Origin: Candidatus Nomurabacteria bacterium
GTDB lineage: Bacteria; Patescibacteriota; Minisyncoccia; Phycocordibacterales; SBAW01
Direction: 5' to 3'
NCBI GenBank assembly: GCA_020854065.1
Contig: JADZGF010000010.1
Span: forward strand, 1 to 44,520
Length of the DNA: 44,520 nt
Shown here: positions 27,117 to 33,576 of the stretch, in pieces
Position numbering within the stretch: position 1 is the first letter of the stretch
Layout: each line of letters begins with the position of its first letter
The notes under the pieces: generated by a model
The model's database searches: none
The model's input: the letters and a program-made list of their open reading frames with translations, nothing else
Told to the model about the DNA's origin: nothing
Translations under genes and position numbers: made by a program

Positions 27117-28092
27117 GTATATTGGCGCGGGTGCACTTGCGCGTCTCTCCGAAATCATTGCGGAACACAACGCACAAAAAATATTTTTAGTGGTGGGGAA
27201 GAGTTCATACCAAGCTTCTGGAGCCGAAGCGGTTCTTGCGCCAATACTTGCGTCGCTTGCTGTCACACGATTTGACGAGCTTGGTGCACTCACGCTCGAG
27301 GAGCATGTAACAGAAGGTCTTTCGGTTTATAAAAAATGCGCACCTGACCTTGTTGTTGCAGTGGGAGGTGGCCATGTGCTGGATGCTGCAAAAGCTATCA
27401 ACGCTATGGGTAATAGGGTGCCGCTTGTGGCGGTTCCAACCACAGGAGGGAGCGGTGCCGAAGCAACACCTTTTGCAGTTATATATAAAGCAGGGGTAAA
27501 GACATCGCTCGATGGTCCTGAGGTTTTACCGACCTACGCTATTATCGATCCTCTGCTTATTGCATCGACTCCGCGTACAGCCGCTATTGCTTCCGGGCTT
27601 GATGCGCTCTGCCAAGCGCTTGAGTCACTGTGGGCTAAGGGCGCAACTAATGAATCTCGAGGATACGCCACAGAGGCGCTCGAACTTGTTGTACCGACAC
27701 TTAAAACCGCAGTCGACACGCGAGATCCTGCTGCGCTTGATTCGCTTGCACGTGGTGCGCATTGTGCGGGCAAAGCTATTGCTATTAGTAAGACTACTGC
27801 AGCCCATGCACTTTCCTACGGGCTTACATATCGCTTTGGTATTCCGCATGGTATTGCCGCCGCACTTTTAATGCCGCCTCTTATGCGTATAAACAAGGTG
27901 ATGTTGCCTGTCTCTGCCGAGGATATTGAGTCGCTGCTTAGACACTGTGACGTCGGTCCGCTCTCGCGCTTTGGCGTTAAAAGGTCTGACGCCGCATCGT
28001 TATCCGACGGTGTAGATCCAGAGCGTCTTGGCAACAATCCGAGAGCGCTTTCGAAAGAGGATATACAACAGCTATATATGAACATACTATAA
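27103..28092 (+). CDS. Group III (iron-type) alcohol dehydrogenase, candidate phosphonoacetaldehyde reductase (PhpC/FomC-like)
   Basis: Start moved to ATG 27103 ([10 protein letters not shown]). Motifs GGGHVLDAAK, PTTGGSGAEAT, DALCQALE and AHALSYGLTYRFGIPHG. It sits immediately downstream of pepM-ppd and overlaps ppd by 14 nt. Confidence 0.7.
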   Translation: MAQTEYIGAGALARLSEIIAEHNAQKIFLVVGKSSYQASGAEAVLAPILASLAVTRFDELGALTLEEHVTEGLSVYKKCAPDLVVAVGGGHVLDAAKAINAMGNRVPLVAVPTTGGSGAEATPFAVIYKAGVKTSLDGPEVLPTYAIIDPLLIASTPRTAAIASGLDALCQALESLWAKGATNESRGYATEALELVVPTLKTAVDTRDPAALDSLARGAHCAGKAIAISKTTAAHALSYGLTYRFGIPHGIAAALLMPPLMRINKVMLPVSAEDIESLLRHCDVGPLSRFGVKRSDAASLSDGVDPERLGNNPRALSKEDIQQLYMNIL

Positions 28093-28099
28093 GAGCATT

Positions 28100-28726
28100 A
28101 TGACCACGGACAAAATACGCACCCGCACTCCTGAAGAGTTAGAATATCGCCGCAAGGCGTTCTTTGAAATGTGCGATGTGCTCGATAAAGCAAATATCCC
28201 TTGTTTTTTGTGGGGAGGAGTACTCCTTGGAGCAATGCGCGAGAAGGATTTTATTGAGTGGGATTGGGATATTGAGATAGGGGTTTTTGCAGATGGCGTT
28301 AAAGGTCGCGCCCAGGAACTTGCCGCCCTTTTTTCTGCAGGCGGGTTTGAGGTATTTCGTGTCGACGATAACTATGAGAACTTTAAGATCGACATGGCTA
28401 AATATATGCCGGCCGAGGTATCGTCTTTTACCGTATGCAGTTGGTATAAAGAAGATGATATGTGGGTACGCAGTCTGTGGAAGATCCCCGCACCTTTCCT
28501 CGATACGTTGGGCGAAATCGAGTTTTTAGGTCGCACTTTTAAGTGCCCCAGCAATCCTGAGAAGTTTCTTGAATATCAGTACGGCGATTGGCGCACTCCA
28601 AAACGTACCGCAGACCAACGCGAATATCTTTCGGCTGCATTTTTTCGCACCGATAAGACGAAGGGGAATGTGTTTAAAAAGAATATCCAGCGTGCGGTAT
28701 CGTTACTGCGAGGTCTATTACGTTAA
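28100..28726 (+). CDS. LicD-family phosphotransferase (candidate CMP-phosphonate:glycan headgroup transferase)
   Basis: IPCFLWGGVLLGAMREKDFIEWDWDIEIGV matches the LicD pattern GTLLGAvR..gFIPWDDDiDi. 208 aa. Confidence 0.7.
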   Translation: MTTDKIRTRTPEELEYRRKAFFEMCDVLDKANIPCFLWGGVLLGAMREKDFIEWDWDIEIGVFADGVKGRAQELAALFSAGGFEVFRVDDNYENFKIDMAKYMPAEVSSFTVCSWYKEDDMWVRSLWKIPAPFLDTLGEIEFLGRTFKCPSNPEKFLEYQYGDWRTPKRTADQREYLSAAFFRTDKTKGNVFKKNIQRAVSLLRGLLR

Positions 28727-29436
28727 TTTTTTTTCACTACAACCGCAAAGAGCTGTTGACCATTTTTTGATGTGGCGTGCATATGGGTGCGCGTATATTG
28801 TCGGTATAAATAGGAAATGAGGGGTTGGTAGTTAAGGATGAAGAAGCGATTTGCCAAGAGTCGCGCAATGGTCGGTGCGGGTGTTTGTGCGTAATCGATC
28901 CGCTCTACCGTGAAGTGTTTTTCTAAAACAGTGCGTAGTGTTGTGTCGCTGAAGTGTTGGTAGTGTTTATCCTGTAGCGGCAGATTATCGGAAGGGACAG
29001 TAATTATGCCAAATCCTCCAGGCTTAAGATTTGCCGATACTGAATGTAAGAAAGAATCTACTTCTCCGAGGGGAATATGTTCCAGTACCTCCATAAGAAC
29101 AAAGGAGTCGAAAACCTCACTGGTCTGCGAAAGGAATTCTACTTCCGGGCAGAAAGCTTTCGCAAAACGCAGAGAGCGTTCCGAGTAGTCTGTTCCAACT
29201 ACGCGTCGGTTAGGAAATCGTTTCGTAATTTCGTACGTCAACTTGCCGTCGCCACAGCCAATATCGACGAGCGAATTCCATGTCCGTTTTGAGAGTTCGG
29301 CAAGGGTCATTTCTATACGGTGGGCGTAGCGGTATCCCCACCAAACGTATTTTGTTTGAGAAAAAGGCTCAATCTCTACCGCGTGGTGGTAGGGAAAGGA
29401 ATATTCTTCTTCCTGAAACCTCTGTGTCTTATCCAT
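28723..29436 (-). CDS. Class I SAM-dependent methyltransferase
   Basis: LVDIGCGDGKLTYEITKRFPNRRVVGTDYS (motif I) and FVLMEVLEHIP. Convergent with licD, with a 4-nt overlap. Confidence 0.75.
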   Translation of the reverse strand: MDKTQRFQEEEYSFPYHHAVEIEPFSQTKYVWWGYRYAHRIEMTLAELSKRTWNSLVDIGCGDGKLTYEITKRFPNRRVVGTDYSERSLRFAKAFCPEVEFLSQTSEVFDSFVLMEVLEHIPLGEVDSFLHSVSANLKPGGFGIITVPSDNLPLQDKHYQHFSDTTLRTVLEKHFTVERIDYAQTPAPTIARLLANRFFILNYQPLISYLYRQYTRTHMHATSKNGQQLFAVVVKKN

Positions 29437-29438
29437 AT

Positions 29439-30719
29439 TTAATTATGCAGTCGGGAAAATTGCCACACCGCTAAACTCATACGTACGCCCCGGTAGATGA
29501 ATTGGCTTATGATCGCACCCCAGATCCCATACATGATAGTAAGAGGCGGCAAGAGCAGCAAGAGCAGCACGGCACTCCCGTTGGTTGCAATATAGAGTGC
29601 TTTAGTTTTTTGATGCGCTTGGAGGGCCGCCATCAGAGGTGCTGTGCACGCAATAAACAGGAGTGAAATAGCATAGACTTGGGAGTATGGTATCGAGTCT
29701 AGATAAACAGGGAAGAATACGCTGAATAGATATGGCGCTACGACGATATAGGCGGTAATACCTGCCCCCAGCACTCCGGCTAAAACAAAGATCCGTTTCC
29801 AGATCGTCTGTTTGATTTCCCCAAGCGTTCGCTCTGCAAACTTTGGCATCGATAGTGGCACAAGGTTTTTTAACATACCTTTTATTTGCTCTGGTATAGC
29901 AATTGCGTAGGCATATACACCAAGCTGTGCCGGTCCGAGAAGGTTAAAGATCATCAGACTATCAATCTTGTCCGCGATAGTCGCTATAAAACCCATAACA
30001 CTCAGATGACTACTGTAATGCAGCAGCTGAGGTTCTTGTTCATTGTTGCGTGCGTGGCGGATAGTCAGCCAGTAGCAGATGCCTGCAAGGGCTGTCATAC
30101 CGATAAAGTACGCTGCTACATACACGATAGCCCGGTCACTCAAAAACAAAGCCCCAAGCAATAACAAAGTAGGGAAGAACGAGTCAAAAATCCCATACAA
30201 TGTGTTGCGGCGGAAATCTTTCTTCCCAATAAGATAGGGATCATATAGGGTAAAACCATTCAGTAGCGGTAATAACACAGCCACAATACATAAAGATGTG
30301 GCAAGAAAAAGATTTTGTTCAGCGAATCCGTAATACGCTGCTGCAGCAAGCGAGATAACGGTAATGCCCCAACTCCATCGCAGATTAAGTTTCCATGCTT
30401 GTTGAAGCACCCCTTCCTTTCCACGAGCTACCGCTTGGATAATAGCGGTCCCAAGTCCTGTTAACGAAAAGGCGCCGATAAGCGCTGCTGCGGTAAGGAC
30501 ATATTTGTAGTTTCCATACGCATCTTGAGTTGCCAAATGGCCAAAGCCAACAGCTAGGGTAAAACTCATAACAACCGCAGCGACTTGTCCTACAGTGAGC
30601 CAAAAACCACCTTGCGCCAGATAGAGCATATCGGTCTTGGTATAGCGCTCCGACCACCGCAAAAGCCGGGTTAAGCGCTCCTTTCCGTGAGCTAGCATGC
30701 GGTCAGTATAACTCGACAA
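29439..30719 (-). CDS. Wzx-like oligo/polysaccharide flippase (MOP superfamily)
   Basis: 426-aa protein with about 12 TM helices and a basic N-terminal stretch, typical of polysaccharide biosynthesis/flippase proteins. The start is uncertain: TTG at 30719 or the internal ATG at Met8. Confidence 0.7.
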   Translation of the reverse strand: MSSYTDRMLAHGKERLTRLLRWSERYTKTDMLYLAQGGFWLTVGQVAAVVMSFTLAVGFGHLATQDAYGNYKYVLTAAALIGAFSLTGLGTAIIQAVARGKEGVLQQAWKLNLRWSWGITVISLAAAAYYGFAEQNLFLATSLCIVAVLLPLLNGFTLYDPYLIGKKDFRRNTLYGIFDSFFPTLLLLGALFLSDRAIVYVAAYFIGMTALAGICYWLTIRHARNNEQEPQLLHYSSHLSVMGFIATIADKIDSLMIFNLLGPAQLGVYAYAIAIPEQIKGMLKNLVPLSMPKFAERTLGEIKQTIWKRIFVLAGVLGAGITAYIVVAPYLFSVFFPVYLDSIPYSQVYAISLLFIACTAPLMAALQAHQKTKALYIATNGSAVLLLLLLPPLTIMYGIWGAIISQFIYRGVRMSLAVWQFSRLHN

Positions 30720-30723
30720 CCTA

Positions 30724-30732
30724 TGCTATAGT
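30724..30732 (+). promoter_or_regulatory. Extended -10 promoter element (TGcTATAGT) 9 nt upstream of ATG 30741
   Basis: TGCTATAGT lies within a 21-nt divergent gap. There is no room for a leader or an SD. Confidence 0.4.
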
Positions 30733-30740
30733 TCCTCCGT

Positions 30741-32984
30741 ATGAGATATGACACGTACCTCTATTGGGGGGTTTTGGGAGCATTATTTGCAGTACTATTT
30801 GTACCTTTTGTAATAGCTGATGGTGCGGCAAATTGGGCAACTCAGCCCATGACCTATATCCCGTTTTTCAACATGTTCTTCCCGTATATCACGGGTAAAA
30901 ATTTCGTCTTCCGTATTTTGGTTGAAATAGCACTTATTCTGTATGTGCTCTTAGCATTGAAACGTCCTGAGTTTCGGCCACGTGCGTCGCACGTTCTCTA
31001 CGCACTTGGCGGTCTTGTGGTGTGGATGGGGCTTGCAACGTTACTCTCGGTTGATCCTCTAAAGAGTTTTTGGTCCAATTTTGAGCGTATGGAAGGGTAC
31101 GTCGGGTTAGTGCATTTGTTTGTCTTCTTTGTTATTGCAGGTGCAGTACTTACGCAATCTAAGTTGTGGGACAAGTTCCTTACCACGTCAGTTGGCGCTT
31201 CTACATATATAGGCTTTCTGGCGCTCCTGCAGATTATGGGGGCTCTGCCTATTAGCTCTCAGTCGGGAGCTCGTGCCGACATTAACTTTGGTAACGCAAC
31301 GTACTTGGCGGTGTACATGCTCATCCATTTCTTCCTGACACTCTATTTACTTTCTCGTGAGCGAGTGTCGCGTGGTATGCAGGCCTTTTACGGTATTGCA
31401 TTGGTGTTGCAGGCAATGGGTATCTACTACACCCAAACCCGAGGTGCACTCTTGGGTCTTGTGGGGGGTCTTATTATTGCGGCAATCTATGTTGCGGTGC
31501 GCGGCTCTGCAGGCGAGTATGCGTCCTTGCGCAAATGGGCTCTCGGCGGCCTTACCAGCATAGTCGTCCTTGCAGGACTCTTTGTGGTGTTGCGCGATAC
31601 ACCAATTGTCCAAAGCTCTGAAACCCTTGCCCGTCTTGCCTCGATCTCGGTTAATGACCCAACTACTCGTTCGCGTCTTTTTAACATTTGGCCGATGGCT
31701 GTCTCGGGCGGCTTGGAGCGCCCTATTACGGGCTGGGGGCAAGAGAACTTTAGTTACATCTTTAATGCGAATTATCGCCCAGAGATGTATATCCAAGAGG
31801 CGTGGTTTGATCGGGCGCACAACCAGTTCCTCGACTATTTGGTTGCAGGTGGTGTGCCGGCATTTCTCCTCTACCTGTCGCTCTATGCACTTGCGGCGTG
31901 GGTAATACTGCGTTCAGCTCTCAATATCCCGCAACAAGCAGCACTCATTGGACTTTTGGCAGCCTATGCGTTTAACAACATGTTTGTGTTCGACAACTTA
32001 GGCTCAGCCATCTTCTTTATGGTCTTGCTGGCGTTTATTCACGGACTTTCTCGCAAAGAGCTGCCAAGCCGTATTCTGTTTACTCAACCAGTTTCCGATC
32101 GTGCACTATCGGTCGTTGCCCCTGCGCTTGTTGTGGTGATGCTTGTTGCAAGCTGGAGTTTAAATGCTCCTGGTATTGCGCGCGCACGCCACTTAACTGC
32201 CGCCGTCTCAAGCACTCCTGACGTTGCTTTCACTCACTACCAAGCAGCAATCAATAGCACAGTGTGGCCATACACAGCACTTGGGTATCAAGAGTCGGTA
32301 GAGCAGCTCATGCAATTTGCCTCTGCTGCTGCAGGCAATAGTGCCGTTGATCCCGCGCTCCGCGATGACATATTTGCGCTCGCAACTTCTTCGGGGGAGC
32401 GGCTTGTGGCGATGCGTAAAGATGATGCGCGTATAGAACTCTTCCTTTCGAGTCTGTACAACGCACTGGGGGATGAGAAGAAGTCACTTGAGTATGCGCG
32501 TTCGGCAGTTGCGCTCTCTCCACAAAAGCAGCAACTTCTCTTCCAATTGGGTGGTATGCAACTTGAGATAGGGGATGTTAATGAAGCGCTTAAGACATTT
32601 GAGCGAGCATGGCGTCTTGCGCCTGAGTACACACTGGCGCGCCTTATGTACGCACAAGCGCTGTATCTTGCTGGTGATACACGAGCTGCCGATCTACATA
32701 TTCAGGAGCATCTTGGTGATCTAATTGTTGACGATGATCGACTCCTCTCGATCTATACCGCAACCCGTCAATATGACCGGGCAGTGGCAATTTGGCAGCT
32801 TCGTATCGATAAAAGTCCTGAAGACGTGAACCTCCGTGTAGGACTCGCACAGCTGTATCTCAAGGCCGGCAATAAAGCGAAAGCCATTGAGATACTCCGC
32901 ACGATCCCTGCTATTCGCCCAACACTTACCACTCAAATTGAGCAAATTATTCAGCAAATACAGAGCGGCCTCCTTTCTCTCTAG
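30741..32984 (+). CDS. Wzy_C/O-antigen-ligase-family membrane protein with a C-terminal TPR domain (candidate glycan ligase or O-oligosaccharyltransferase)
   Basis: About 12 TM helices. YYTQTRGALLGLVGG and the periplasmic-loop motif FDRAHNQFLDYLVAGG are typical of the WaaL/PglL/Wzy_C family. The C-terminal ~270 aa contain TPR-like repeats (ALGDEKKSLEYARSAVALSP, EALKTFERAWRLAPEY, KAKAIEILRTI). Confidence 0.75.
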   Translation: MRYDTYLYWGVLGALFAVLFVPFVIADGAANWATQPMTYIPFFNMFFPYITGKNFVFRILVEIALILYVLLALKRPEFRPRASHVLYALGGLVVWMGLATLLSVDPLKSFWSNFERMEGYVGLVHLFVFFVIAGAVLTQSKLWDKFLTTSVGASTYIGFLALLQIMGALPISSQSGARADINFGNATYLAVYMLIHFFLTLYLLSRERVSRGMQAFYGIALVLQAMGIYYTQTRGALLGLVGGLIIAAIYVAVRGSAGEYASLRKWALGGLTSIVVLAGLFVVLRDTPIVQSSETLARLASISVNDPTTRSRLFNIWPMAVSGGLERPITGWGQENFSYIFNANYRPEMYIQEAWFDRAHNQFLDYLVAGGVPAFLLYLSLYALAAWVILRSALNIPQQAALIGLLAAYAFNNMFVFDNLGSAIFFMVLLAFIHGLSRKELPSRILFTQPVSDRALSVVAPALVVVMLVASWSLNAPGIARARHLTAAVSSTPDVAFTHYQAAINSTVWPYTALGYQESVEQLMQFASAAAGNSAVDPALRDDIFALATSSGERLVAMRKDDARIELFLSSLYNALGDEKKSLEYARSAVALSPQKQQLLFQLGGMQLEIGDVNEALKTFERAWRLAPEYTLARLMYAQALYLAGDTRAADLHIQEHLGDLIVDDDRLLSIYTATRQYDRAVAIWQLRIDKSPEDVNLRVGLAQLYLKAGNKAKAIEILRTIPAIRPTLTTQIEQIIQQIQSGLLSL

Positions 32985-33063
32985 CTTGACGGGTAAGGAG
33001 TAGAGAGTACACTAAAACATGTGAGTGCCAGGATGCTGGCTTAACAAAACACAGTCTTACGAA

Positions 33064-33095
33064 GAACTCCGCCTCGGCGGAGTTCGTCGTTTTTG
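33064..33095 (+). terminator. Rho-independent terminator
   Basis: GAACTCCGCCtcgGGCGGAGTTC: a perfect 10-bp stem followed by gtcgttttt. Confidence 0.7.
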
Positions 33096-33126
33096 GGATT
33101 ACATTTTTGCGGTTTATACTACAAGG

Positions 33127-33219
33127 GAGTGTGCTTCGAGTGGGGAGCGACTGCACTCACATTAAGACAATGTTTTGGAGCTCGCATCCGCTTCCCACTC
33201 GGTGCATACAAATTTTTTT
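33127..33219 (+). ncRNA. Candidate small structured RNA of about 93 nt with its own promoter and terminator-like end, family unknown
   Basis: The promoter is TTGGGA (33093-33098), a 16-nt spacer, then TATACT (33115-33120). A long imperfect hairpin follows: CGAGTGGGGAGCG (33137-33149) pairs with CGCTTCCCACTCG (33189-33201). The outer pairs 33229-33234/33204-33209 extend it, reading 33129-33134 for the 5-prime arm. The element ends in T7 (33213-33219). No ORF. Confidence 0.3.
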
Positions 33220-33246
33220 AAAAATATTTTTTAAAAAATAAAAAAG

Positions 33247-33255
33247 TTATCCACA
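33247..33255 (+). promoter_or_regulatory. Perfect consensus DnaA box TTATCCACA next to an AT-only near-palindrome
   Basis: TTATCCACA sits at 33247-33255, directly after the AT-only stretch 33213-33246 (tttttttaaaaatattttttaaaaaataaaaaag). Confidence 0.3.
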
Positions 33256-33256
33256 C

Positions 33257-33277
33257 ACAATGAATAATATTCATTGT
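33257..33277. promoter_or_regulatory. Perfect 9-bp inverted repeat, operator-like (ACAATGAAT-aat-ATTCATTGT)
   Basis: Read directly from the sequence. It overlaps a possible -35 element (TTGTAA 33274-33279), which is followed 17 nt later by GATACT. Confidence 0.35.
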
Positions 33278-33406
33278 AAGTGCAGACTTAATGTTCGATA
33301 CTTACTCCTAGAGCATCGTTGAGTGTATTTGCGTCGTCCTAGGGCGCGTCAAAACTACACGGTCGAGCGGTGCGCAGCCCAAATGTGCGACCTAGTCGCA
33401 ACTACT

Positions 33407-33457
33407 ATGGCAAAAAAGAAAAAGAAAGCAAAGAAAGCAGCAAAGAAGCGCCGCTAA
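33407..33457 (+). CDS. Possible 16-codon polybasic micro-ORF (MAKKKKKAKKAAKKRR)
   Basis: ATG GCA AAA AAG AAA AAG AAA GCA AAG AAA GCA GCA AAG AAG CGC CGC TAA. No SD. It is followed by a 9-bp hairpin (33465-33489) and a terminator-like hairpin. Whether it is coding is unproven. Confidence 0.2.
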   Translation: MAKKKKKAKKAAKKRR

Positions 33458-33508
33458 CGCGCTACTCGTACGGTTATCTGCCGTACGAGATCCTCTCGAT
33501 CAGAAAGA

Positions 33509-33536
33509 CCCTCACCAATCGACGGCGGGGGTTTTT
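33509..33536 (+). terminator. Terminator or attenuator-like hairpin 41 nt upstream of secA
   Basis: CCCTCACC-aatcgac-GGCGGGGG (one G-U pair, one mismatch) followed by TTTTT. Confidence 0.4.
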
Positions 33537-33560
33537 CTGTGCGCAAAAAACCTCTATCTG

Positions 33561-33569
33561 TGGTACTAT
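33561..33569 (+). promoter_or_regulatory. Extended -10 element (TGgTACTAT) 8 nt upstream of the secA ATG, giving a leaderless-type start
   Basis: TGGTACTAT at 33561-33569 and ATG at 33577, with no SD in between. Confidence 0.4.
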
Positions 33570-33576
33570 CCATGCC

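Noticed and set aside
33407-33457. SecM/MifM/VemP-type secretion-monitoring arrest peptide upstream of secA
   Set aside because: Known monitors need an N-terminal signal or TM segment so they can be pulled by the translocon. This 16-residue polybasic peptide has none, so only a generic attenuator idea was retained.
32985-33576. Chromosomal replication origin (oriC) at either DnaA-box-containing intergenic region (also 42565-43043)
   Set aside because: Each region has only one perfect DnaA box, there is no box cluster, and no dnaA, dnaN or other origin-linked genes are in the window. I kept these as low-interest regulatory observations instead.
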